Shown: positions 52,383 through 64,000 of the stretch, piece by piece
How the letters are laid out: each line of letters opens with the position of its first letter
Numbering within the stretch: the stretch's first letter is position 1
Assembly: GCF_910592395.1 (NCBI RefSeq)
Contig: NC_088308.1
Coordinates: 2,108,001 to 2,172,000, forward strand
DNA length: 64,000 nucleotides
Direction: 5' to 3'
DNA from: Lineus longissimus
Lineage: Eukaryota
The notes under the pieces: generated by a model
Database searches by the model: none
What the model was told of the DNA's origin: nothing
What the model saw: only the letters and a program-made list of their open reading frames with translations
Made by a program: the position numbers and the translations under genes

Positions 52383-53459
52383 TATTTTTCATTTGATTGT
52401 AAAAATTCAGGCATTTGTCTGTTTTTTAAAACAATGGGTACACTCTACACCATTGAGAGCACATCACAAAATCATGGATATCTACTTGAGGTAAATCAGG
52501 ACCTTTGGACGAAGTATTGCAATTGTATAATGCACTAAGCTAAGCTTCACAAATAAAATTGGCAGAGCAATGAGTTGTTATTAGTAAACTCTATAAATGG
52601 CAATTACCTAATGTTACTTTTTTCGAAAGTTCTCTTTCGTTGTCATCTTAGGACATTTTGCCGCCTTTCTTTGCCAGGAAGTTGTTGACCTTCGGTAATC
52701 ACGTGTCTCATGTGATCCGTGTTTCCTGTTTATTATATATATCCTATAATTAACAACTAGCCTGTTGTCCTGACATTAACGGCGTTTCAGTACTCTCATC
52801 ATGTCACTGAATATCAGTTCTAGAGTGATTTATCCCCCAAATCACATCCTTTTGATAATTTGTCTTTTCACCTGAATGTTAAATGAGGTTTATAGGAACA
52901 AGGACATTGTTGTGCATGGCAAGATCTCATTGCGGCCATTCGTCTAGACAAAAGATTTATAGCTCTGTTTAGAGGAACAGGATTGAAAATTGGGAGGATC
53001 TCAGAATGATTGAATATGCTTCGAACTTTGACAGTTTCGATTTGAATATTAGGTAGTCATAGTCTATTCAGTCTTCATGCAGAAGTTTTCCTGGTTGTAA
53101 AGGGTTAACTACAAGGTTAGGTTGTCATGTCATATACATATAGATACTCCTGTTCCAAAATGATGATCATAAAATTGTTTTTTCTCCAGAAAAAGGCTAC
53201 GTTTTCAACGCATATTCGTGATCACACCAGACCCTTTCTGCAGACCATCTCTAAATGCTCAGCCTGATGGGCCCAAAAGTCAGATGTAAGTACTTGTTTG
53301 TCCTTTATCCTACTGAGTTTATCGGTCTGACCATTGAGTAGGTGTGATGTTTTTCTAACATTGTGCCACATGCTAGCATAGCATTTCCTCCTAGCCTCAG
53401 ATTTGCTGATGGTGTAAGCGCTGATACTGAAAATTTTTCTTGACTCTGAAAGATGAAAA

Positions 53460-53655
53460 AAAATTTAAGTCCAAAAATTGTTTTCACTGTTTTTTGTTTT
53501 CTGCTCAAAATGAACCAACATCATCAGTCCCAAAACTTTTTTGACTTTGAAAATTTTTCAGAATTTTGACTTTTTTTCTGCTAACCCTTACCCCAACCCT
53601 GAAAAAATTTCTTAGTCCAATAATTTTTTCACTGGTTTTTTTCTTTTCTGTTCAA
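53460..53655. repeat. About 1.3 copies of a 146-bp satellite-like unit
   Basis: AGTCCAA...TTTTCACTG recurs at 53468 and 53614. The same unit occurs at 60640-60807. Confidence 0.85.
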
Positions 53656-53689
53656 CAATTTTGGTGGAAAAACCTAATAATGCATTTTG

Positions 53690-53783
53690 TCCCCGGATTT
53701 TCAACTTCACTAATGCGACCACCCCAGTAACACGACCATTCAACCTCGGTCCCATGAGTGGTCGTGTTACCGGGGTTCCACTG
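53690..53783. mobile_element. One end of a related pogo-like MITE (different family)
   Basis: Ends GGGGTTCCACTG|TA with internal inverted GTAACACGACCA / TGGTCGTGTTAC. No partner TIR found. Confidence 0.6.
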
Positions 53784-54045
53784 TATAGTTGAGTGCGGTC
53801 AGCGGCCTTGGAGGCCACCAATAATGTTAAAGATACCGGTAATAATGATTATAGCCTCCCATAAAGCAGTCGTGGCTCGTAAACATTACTTTATCGCCAC
53901 CCTGTCCATCAATTCAACAGTATGAGGTCAAACTGATTGTCACTTATGCTCCGATGTGTCTTCCGGGACTTTTCAAGCCTCCTGACTAATGATTGAAATT
54001 TAAAGTTCATCACTTCGAAATAGTTTTCATGCTGTGAGCATATCG

Positions 54046-54480
54046 CTTAAATGATGTGTCATCATCTTTGGAGGCAAAGGGGCTGCAGAAACTTATTTTG
54101 TTTCCCTTGTGGAAAAGTGGAATGCACACTTGTGTAAAAAGGCTGAGCAAACTGCACACCTGAGCACTTAAATGATGTGTCATCATCTTTGGAGGCAAAG
54201 GGGCTGCAGAAACTTATTTTGTTTCCCTTGTGGAAAAGTGGAATGCACACTTGTGTAAAAAGGCTGAGCAAACTGCACACCTGAGCACTAAAATTAGGAT
54301 GCACACCGAAGCAAGTGTCAAGTAGGATGCACACTTGTAAAGCAGGAGCCACAGCTGAGCAGAATATAAAGCACCACGCACACCTGAGCAAAAGTGCTCA
54401 CAGGATGCACACCTTAGCAAGAGTGTAAAACAGGATGCTCATTGAGCAAGTGTGTAAAGCTGAGAAGTAACTGCTGAGCT
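54046..54480. repeat. 2 x 121-bp tandem duplication followed by degenerate TGCACAC/TGAGCA short repeats
   Basis: CTTAAATGATGTGTCATCATC... at 54046 and 54167, essentially identical. The TGCACAC motif recurs to about 54412. Confidence 0.9.
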
Positions 54481-57400
54481 ACCAGACTTCTGAATTATTG
54501 AATTTTTAGATGACAACCTTTGCCCTTCTGGTCTAGATATGCACGAATTGGCAACGTCTGGAAGTTAATTTCATACCCTGTGGGGAAGTCTTAAAGGATA
54601 CTAAAGATTTTGAAGGGGCTGAATGTGTCGGAAATGAAATCTGGTCAGGGCACTGGGGACGTATTGAGATGATGTGCTGAGGATTAGAATGCTGGAAGGT
54701 GGTTCATTTCCCTGCCTTGCACATGCCTTGCCTTGACCCATTGATAGATTGAATCTTCTCACCTGAAATATTGTGGTTAAAAGGTGCATTCGTGGTCCTT
54801 GACTGTGTTGTCGTTGATTCACCTTGCCACTTGAGCTGAATAGGAAGTTACTTGTGGAAAGACACCTTACTTGAACTCTCAAGTTCATGATCACTGATGG
54901 GCTCTAGAATCATCTTTGCGGCAGAGCGTGGATCAGCCAACAACTCCCTGTTTCTGTTTTGACCAAAGACAATGCCAGCAACCTCCACTTCTGCATGATT
55001 AGCACGATTATAGAATGACCTCTACCGTCTGCGGGCAACTCGGAGATGAAGTCCATAAGTGTCAGACCAATCAGCGGTGGGACATGGAATGCATAAATCC
55101 TCTCTCACCTGGTCAGTTTCTATATTGCTGTTGCAGACACAATGGGGAATAGCCTGACCAAGTGCCTGACCTGATGGTGGTGGCAGGGAAATTTATGGCA
55201 GACAGGGGACCGCCCGGACATGATCATGGCCATTAGGAGATTCTGAAGGCCATGATGATGATGGGCAAGGGATATTGGTTTATACCTGTTGCTATCTCAG
55301 CCAGGGGGTGTCTGAATCAAAATCATGTTCAACATCAAGAACAATGTGTGATTTGGTCGTAGCAGGTGGGTTTCAATGGTGGCACGGGTGATCGAGATTC
55401 GGGGACAGGAGCAGCTGGTATTACATTATCCGGGCAGCATCTCAGAAATGAGTCTAGTTCACTTGTTTCTGGTCATTCAGAAAACACATGCCATGCCATG
55501 CCAATGCCATGTTGTCCATCTTTGCTAAACCACTTGCAAGCAAAGAGCTGCATGGTCAGACAAAGCGGCCTATGCCGACCTCTTCACGAGATCTGAACTG
55601 ACCATCTGACTTACATTAGAAAAAGGAAATTGGCATAAAGCTGTAAGAAATTGCCTTAAAACATTCTGTGTGCTTCATTCTGACTGCTGATGCCACTGTA
55701 CAGAGATGAAATGTGTGTCCACTCTGAATTCCTGTTTAGAAATGTGATCAAACGAGCCCAAGTGATGAACGATCGGACACGGAGGGCAGATTTCATCGTC
55801 TGGAGGCCAGATCAATACTAAAGCACTGATGCTCGTGTGCCAACTGATTATCAGGCATTTTGATGATGACCAAATGATTCCAGTGGGATTATCATTGTAG
55901 CATGGAAACTATGCTGGACTCTTAATCCCCCAAAATTGATGAGGGGATCTGTCAGATTTGTAGCTTGGTCATCAGTTTTTTGACAGATTTCCGCTCCACA
56001 TTGACCCTTCAGGCCAAAGAGAAAATAAAATTTTGCTGTGATATTCTATTCCTTCAATAACTAAAGTACCCTTGCTTGAGTAAAGCCAACTTTCAGTAGG
56101 GATATTTATTGACTAAGACTTCATTAATAAAAAGTTACAAATCTCAATTATAATCTGGAAGAAGTTTTTCTTCAATAAAACTGCAGGCCATTGGTATTAT
56201 TCATACGCAATTTAACATGACAGCAAGAAAATTACAAGTATTGTGCTTGTTCAAGTGCCTGTAGCAAAAATCATCCATTATTTCACAATCAAGATGAAAT
56301 TTTCTATATATGCCCTTTATGTCAACACAATGATTTTGTTTCTTATTGTTACTAATAAGATAAAACATAGGAAGTCTCAAGGACTTACTGTGCCTACGGT
56401 GATGCATCTTTCTGCTTTGGAAAATGGAAGTGATTCTTTTAAAGGTGGTGACAGACTGGAGCACTGTGACAGCATTTTCCATTGTTTTTCTTCAATGCCA
56501 GTTTATAAAAACTAACAATGCAAAACACAGGATGACGCCCCATTCTGTTACCAACCCCAGGCAGTATTGTTTGGTTTTAGCCATGTATTAGTCATATCAA
56601 AAGGAATACAAATTGATCTGAAGATTTTTTTGGGTTTTTTTTTCTCATATTCTGAAGGGATTGTTTCCTCAGGTCTGATTCCCTCATAGCTAAAACAGGC
56701 CAGAATAGGTTATGAGCCATCGACCAAGATTATTATCCAACAAACCTTGGAAGTTAGTGTCCCATTTCCAGATCAGATTCCGCCTCTGATCAATACTTCC
56801 ATCAAATCGTAGCAACACGTATCTCGTTATCATCCATATTTCATGCCCACGTGTTAGGGACAGCCACCCTTACTGTCAATGCAGATTCAGTGGTAACAAA
56901 CTAATGTGGCATAATTGCTACGTGATGTGAACAGTCCTTGCTTGTACGAAGACAAAATCCCACACCTTTCCACTAAACTCTTGAGGCAGTTCTGTAGCCT
57001 TTCTTGACTTTGACATCCATTTCTTTTCCTCTGGTTATATCGGGAGCACCATCATATGGAAAACATCTTCACGCCCCAATGAGAGATGCAATACATAATT
57101 GGCTAATGTGGTAATGCTTACCCCAGAGGCAGCTAAACAGTCACATCGCTCATTCTCTGTCACTCATGGTTCTCGTCAGAATTAGCCCCTTTTTTCTGGG
57201 GATAACAACTATAATGAATGGTATTGGGGTAGTTAGGGTTAGGCTATGATTGAGAAAAAAAGAAAGACAGCAATTGTGGCTTCACAAGGCCATCATTCAT
57301 AATTTTGAGGGGGTTTTTTTGCGGAAACTGGGCTGCAGCTTCCATAAGTGTAAATCTATCCATCAAGATCTAACTCCAAGAAGACAATCCCCACCTTTAT

Positions 57401-60400
57401 AATTGGCAGTCTTGGTTCGAAGGTCTTATTTAAGGGACTGTGTGATCTCAGAACCTTGTGTGATCCATTTGAGACCAAATAGGCATTGCCCCCTCACATC
57501 ACCCCTCACACCTTGTCAACACAATCACATCCCCTTCGTATAAACCTTTGTTCATTTTGCTCTTGGGTTAGACTTTTTTGCACTTTGCAATCTTAATCAG
57601 ATGTTGCTATTGAGTTGGTTGAGAGTCTTTTCTACTTTCTACAAAAAGGCATGAATAAAGCACATTGAGGCTCAACATGACCAAAGACTTCCTGTTGTGG
57701 CTTTCTGCTTTTTCAGAGGATTTACCAGTCAGTCTCTCTTGAGAACAACTTTCCTCGACCAGTCAATAGTTCCGATTGAAAACCTTTCAAATTGAGAGGG
57801 ATTACTTTGAAATTGATTTTTTTTCTCGGGAGTAGTCATCAGGCAATGGGGGTTTTATCTGACATTTGATTACTTATACCATGTTTGCCATTGATTTGTG
57901 TAACCTTGAGGTGAACCTCATAGAGATGTGTTAATTTTTGTGAAGTTTTTTAAACATTTTGAGGCGGATCATGACTGACATTATGATGAAAAGTTAATGA
58001 ATAAGTAAAGTTATAGAGTTCAGGTTTTTGTCCTTAAAGCACTTTCTTGATCACTGTCTTGCTATTAAGTTAAAATATTGTAAACATCATCCACATTCTT
58101 TGCATGAACAGAAGAGTCTGAATCAGTTTAATGAGTCTGATTTTATCCAAGGCTCTGTACGGTTGATGCCAGTATCAATAATCGGCCCAAGGCAAGTTGT
58201 CATAGAACTCATCAGTTATGGAAAGGTGTCGGTTGAGGGGTCAGGTGGAGTGATACTCCTATTCACTGCATATAACTGACAGGATCTCGGACTCAAGATG
58301 AACCTTGTTTCATTTTCTGTCGTTGAACAGATCTTACCTCCTTCACTCTTCTACATGTGTAATTTATGGTTGCAAGATGTTTGCTTTTCTAGGCAGGTGG
58401 CTCTGTCATTCTATCAGTAAGACTCTTGAAGCAATTGAAGGAGAATATTGACGATTGCTTGAAAATCGTGGCTATCTTTTGTCATTACTAAACATATGTA
58501 CGGCTACTGCTTCAGTGTACCCCTGAGTGTATGGTGCACACAGTCAATGAAATAGAGAGTGTCTCAAAATTGGTGTTGATAAGTTATGACCCATCACACT
58601 AAATGGGGGTAGTAAGCTTTCTGACAATGTGCTAAAATGGCCGTCCTTAGTCTCGGCATTAGAAATCCAGCCTTTTCAGCTCAGGTTGTGGGAATATAGG
58701 CTGTAGAATTACCCTGTCAAAGTAGTCCAATCACTGAAGACCTTTTTCATGTGTTGATATCCCAGGGTCAAATGGGGAAAACATAGAACTCATCTGCCAC
58801 CATACCAATACCAAGGGTTTCTACTTTCATCAGGATTCCCAAGGGGGCAGGATAATGCCTTGTCTAATTTGTTCCTTCCTCAGAAAATTACTGGAAAGTC
58901 TGAAACAAGGTTCTTTGCAGTTTCTAATCATAGGAAACGCGCTATTTCTTCCGACGTGAAATAATCCCTATCACTCCCTTGATACTGAACTTGTAAAAGT
59001 GCGGCATATTTTCCCCGGGTTGCAATCCAAAGTTATAAACATCGGTGTTAACTTTTTGTGCCTCGGCTTTCGCAGGCTTTTGGTAATTAAGTCTCCATTA
59101 CTCGATAAGTCCTTATGTTGGAAAGTTCATGCTACACTGACTCAGATCTCTTGTAAATTTGTGTGTGATGCACTGTATTCAGGTGCAGCTACTTTTGCCA
59201 ACTTTGTGTGCTCTGAAGTGATCCGTCTGCAACAGGTTGTATTTGTTGAAGGTAAACTTGAGGTTACTTTTCCTTCACATTTTGCAGCACGCAGATTCAT
59301 TTTAAGGACTGGTAATGCATTTAATTGACTCGGCAATGCAATCTCACTGTGTTTTCCATACCATTATTTGGTTCAAGATGTTCTACAAAGCCTATCATCT
59401 GTTATTATGTCTTTCTTTGCATTCGATCTCTTTTGTGTTGTGTAACACTTAGAATTATGCCAAAACTATCAACATTGCTGTATATTGAAAATTTCTGAAG
59501 GGTGACTTTCTGATGTACCAATTGTGTTTACATAGCCAATGTACGTGTACTCTGAGCCTGTCCCTGCCTTCTGATTGTGACTTTGTCCTCAAAAGACTGA
59601 TTTGGGTCAAATGGAAGTTATAATGAAGCATCCCGTAATCTCTTTCCGTGCAATGCAACAATGATAAGTTATGTCTTTCTTTTACAACATTACCACTACA
59701 ACAATGGTCATTGTGCCCTGCTAGGCCTATTACTGAAGTAACAGGATGTAGTTTGGTACATTTTGATATCCCACAAAAATGCACTTTTGTGTCCATTGGA
59801 ATGGGTGATAAGACCCTTAAGTGTCCAGATGGGTGATGGGATCATCTGTTTCTTTTGTTTTGAGTTCTCACAACCATTATGAGTAGTATCACCTTGCTCT
59901 GAAAGTGACATCTTTGGTCAAAAACCTTTGGTAACTTGTCCAAGATCTTTAGATGGTCTCCATTGACTTTTTAATTAGTGATACCTGGTTCCTTTAAAGA
60001 TGAGCAAGTGGCATAATTGTTGCGTTTTTCTTTCCTTCAGTGTCCACGGCCGTCTTTACTAAGAAAGTAATATCTGGTGTCAAGAGAATCTCCTTTGACT
60101 GTTTCCCTCTGAAACCTTGTCTGATCCCTGGGCACCTGAGTAGTAGCTTGCCAAGAGCGTTTACACAATTCCTTCAAAAAATCAGTGCGATCTTTATATC
60201 AGTTATAGTATGGTTTGGCATTTCAGATTGGCTGCAGTGAACACGAAATGCTTGGCCGAATTTTTTCACCGACAAGAAGACACAGTGATACACACTTTCA
60301 ATGAGTACAAGCAGTTGTTCAGTCTAACCATTATCGCTAACAGACAATGGAAAAAAGCTGTTGTATCTCCTACAAACTTCCTCATACTTTTGCCACTTTT

Positions 60401-60639
60401 TACCTGGATGTACTCTCATTATTCTTCCGACAACAGATGCCTTCAACTGAAGACAACTGGTACAAGTTTCCTATAACTGGCTAATTACCTAACAAAACCT
60501 GGTGTTGTCCGTACAGATCTCTTGTTTTTGGTTAGGCTTTGTGGGCCTACTGTTAGTGAAATTCTTGATTACATACTCTGTCTCAGTAAAATACCTCTCA
60601 CAAATTACTACAATTCTCAAATAGCTAACTTTTTTTACA

Positions 60640-60807
60640 TTGAAAATTTTTCAAAATTTTGACTTTTTTCTGCTAACCCTTACCCTCACCCTGACAAAAT
60701 TTCTAAGTCCAAAAATTGTTTTCACTGGTTTTTTGTTTTCTGCTCAAAATGAACCAACATCGTCAGTCCCAAAACTTTTTTGACTTCGAAAATGTTTCAA
60801 AATTTTT
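60640..60807. repeat. About 1.15 copies of the same 146-bp unit, circularly permuted
   Basis: Shares CTGCTAACCCTTACCC and CTGCTCAAAATGAACCAACATC with 53460-53655 but in swapped order. T(T/C)GAAAAT(T/G)TTTCAAAATTTT recurs at 60640 and 60786. Confidence 0.85.
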
Positions 60808-63800
60808 AACTGACTGAAAGTTAAAAAAAGAATCTAACGACCATACATTGTACATGTAGCTCTAAGTTCAGTTATATAAAAGTTGAGAACCAGTTGTTCA
60901 GAGAGGGTATCTTGGCCCAAAGTACTACACGAGAAACAGTCAGAAAAACCTGAGGTGATTGGCATTGAAATTGATGGCATCATATGGAGGTAACCATAGT
61001 TGTTAATGTCCTTAAATTACCACCAAGACCTACGGAAGACAGCCAGACAAAACCAATTAGATGCCATAACGATAATCGCTAGACAACTGCTACAGAATGT
61101 TAGCATTATTGGTGAATTATCGGCCTGTTGGGGCGGGGCTTTGTCTCAAAGTTCTGGGGTTATTCAGACATTCTTTCAGACACTTTGGGCAAGTTGCATA
61201 CTTTCAAAATCGACCAAGATATATGTGTGACAAGATATTTCCTTTCCTATATCTATCTTTACTAGGCCCTACCACAAGACCACAAAAAAAATCAGCACCT
61301 AATAGACACGTGAAAAATATATGTTGGAATGGAAAATGCTGAGCTTGTTCTCACCTGTGAACATTGCCGATCACCCCAATAGATCCGTACTAAATCTGAC
61401 AGTAATCGCACCCAGGTGTACGACTCTTGTTCATGATTACATCAATTTTCACCCTGATTTGAACGATGTCAAGGACACAATCAGTACAGCGCAGACACAC
61501 TGATTTCCTACCAAGGTGGAGTGGGAAATGATTTGCATATCAACCGGTGCACAAACCTGTTGATTCCTGATCGATACTTATTGCCAGTTCGAATGTCCTG
61601 AACAAGCACCCAAGCAAAAGTTGGCCTTTATTTTTGGCGTTAAAATAGCATGGTGCATTGGTAGGAACGCTTCAAGTTCATCTGGGGATGTTTGTAGCCT
61701 AGATTCGGTGTTGATGTACAAGAATATCCAAGTTACCTGCTGATTTCATCTTCTTAGGACTTTTTTACAACTATTTGATGTATTGGGGAATTTGATTGAA
61801 CAAGATGGGCTTGTTGGGATCCACTTGATTTTGAAGAGTGTTAGCTGAGCAAACAAAATTCTGTAAATATCGTTCGCCATTGTTTTTTTCCGTTAAAAGC
61901 TTTCAAGTAGCATTTTGGGACTATTTTGTACAAGAGTCCTTCAGGCCATGGAATTCCAGTTTATTGCTGTACAAAGTACGCTTCTTCACCTAGTGCTGCA
62001 TATAAGTAAATGGCATTGGGCACCAAAAAACGTGTAGAAAGTGGTCTCTCCAGTCTTAACGTTGGTGTTAATGAAACTTGGTATTAAGTCAAGGGGACAA
62101 AGCCAAGTTAATGCCAGCGTTAGTGGCCAGATTTGTTTTGAACGACCAGGCCCTGGACTTGTCATTCTGCTTACAGTCTGTCTTATCAATAAATAATGGG
62201 TCATGGAAAGCAGTAAAATTAATTACGAGAGCCAATGGATGTAGTCTCTTTAATTCCACAGTGCTGTTCAATTAAACCTGTCAGCATCAGCTCCCTTTCA
62301 AGGTGACTGAAACGATTTTCCAATTGATTCTAATCAATGATGAAAGCATTGACGCATTCCGCCCACTCTACACATTGGGTGATATGAATAAAGTCTAGCA
62401 ATTGCTTTTACTTCAGTTTTGTACAGAAAGGCCCAGTGTAAATGTACATGGAGTTTAAGATAAAAGCATTCGCTAGTCTTTATTCATATCACCCAATGTC
62501 TCGCCTGTTCTGAGGTGATATTGTTAAAACAATAAAACTACAGTAATCCAATCATGGCGTAGTGCGTAATTCTTCTTTTCTTTAGATGGAAACCAGGGTT
62601 TAAGTGTATCTTCATACTTTCTCTTGGGTACCCCAACCGGAAATGTTTTCATGATCAAATTAATGACAAAGATTTGTATTAAAATGATGCCTCGAGAAAC
62701 TTGTATCACATTTTTCATTATCGCCACTAACAATGAATATATTTTACATGTAGCAGACTGCCAGAATCATGATCGCATTCCATCTCGGAATAAGGAGTCA
62801 GCAAATAAATTTGACATGATGTGAATGTGCCAGGTATGCGGAGGCCAATAATCAGACGGAATTTAATGGATGCTACTTGGTCGCGGAACATGGCTGCTGG
62901 TTAATTGATGTGGTCCGCATACAGGTGGGAAGTACAGATAGACATAGACCATTACCTTAAATGGGTCTGTGCTACGACTGGACATTTGTCTATATCGTCC
63001 TTGGCCGCTCAGGAAAGGAAATCATGGAAATTGAGAGAATCTCTGGAAGCGATGAGGTCAACTGAAGTGAGGTGCAATTGGAATGAATGGCAATCAAAAT
63101 GATTGCACCCTTCAGCGTTTCCTGAGGTTTCAGGCCAAACTGAGGAAACATTGAATTCGGAAGTCAAAACATAAATAGAACCTGATCTATTCTTTTCTGT
63201 GACCTTACTTGTCTGTCACGTCCGAGCTGCAATCATGAATCCTGAGTGAGCACCATCGCTAAGAAGCCATACTTACCAATCTGATGGCTTGGCACACTAT
63301 CATTACTTGAGGTGATCAACACCATTAGCTAGAATTAGTCCATCGTGCCTATCTTGGTGGTGAGAGCAATTCTTTATCCATGGCCCTACGACTTGGCTCG
63401 ACTTGCTTCAAGGATGCCATGGCAGGAGTAGACCAACTCATGCCTGTTCTGCTTTAGAACCAGACATCAGCTTTAAACCAGTAAACCAATATCAAACAAG
63501 TGATAGCAGCATTTTATTCTGTTAACTCATGTTGGTATTAGTCATTTTGGACTGCACGGATAGGACTAAGGAAATGCAGTTCATGATACGCATTCATCAA
63601 AGCCGTTGGTCTAGTGCCTGGAATGACAGCCAATCATAATGACAGCTACTTTTCAGATGAGCTTACATCTACGTTACATTTATCACAAGTTACAGCCAGA
63701 AAGGAGCAACACTGATAGCATGGTTGTCTTGGCAAGCTTCAAGACATAGCAGCGCCTGCCTAATAAACTTATTGCCCTCGAGGGCCATTGTAAAGGGAAT

Positions 63801-64000
63801 CAACGGAGAAATATATCATGTTGTAAGTTACTGAGTGAACCCTAATATGTAAGGAATGATGTGTGAATGACCTGGAACCTGAGTCTTCCTCAAGGTTGGA
63901 TGTCACGAAGGCTCATCAAATGTACCGTTACTGACCACGTAGACTTGTCAGAACTCCATCTTATTCAGACTCGGTGCCATTAAATTTTATGACAATCTAA

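Noticed and set aside
53490..53535. Minus-strand CTGATGA...GAAA (CTGACGA in the 60740-60770 copy) suggesting a hammerhead ribozyme/retrozyme in the 146-bp repeat
   Set aside because: Stem II is weak and lacks the G-C closing pair, and no complementary stem I/III or UH cleavage site can be formed.
51611..64000. Short ORFs upstream (e.g. 51611..52015, 58999..59328, 59455..59796) as a second gene
   Set aside because: No recognisable domains and no phase-consistent exon chain found. A gene made of small exons cannot be fully excluded by eye.

Overview
Eukaryotic (most likely marine invertebrate; inference from composition and repeat types) genomic DNA, with no prokaryotic features. It holds one large minus-strand spliced gene, a USP53/USP54 (Drosophila echinus-like) deubiquitinase. 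I reconstructed 15 coding exons from ATG 38927 to the window start, all with GT-AG introns and consistent phase: 5959 nt, more than 1986 aa, still open at base 1. The protein has an N-terminal USP domain with intact Cys/His/Asp catalytic residues, a long disordered region, a USP54-type MIT-like helical domain, two CxxC-CxxC motifs and a PP1 RVxF motif. The most notable observation is a 38-nt frame-switching micro-exon (1504-1541) that selects between two alternative C-termini, each with its own RVxF motif. A 27-aa uORF sits just before the start codon and a candidate promoter lies near 48.2-48.35 kb. Introns and the upstream region contain non-autonomous DNA transposons (Harbinger-like, hAT5-like, Tc1/pogo-like MITEs), a tRNA-derived SINE and several tandem duplications. 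Most short ORFs in the supplied track are spurious. All calls were made by eye, with no database searches.
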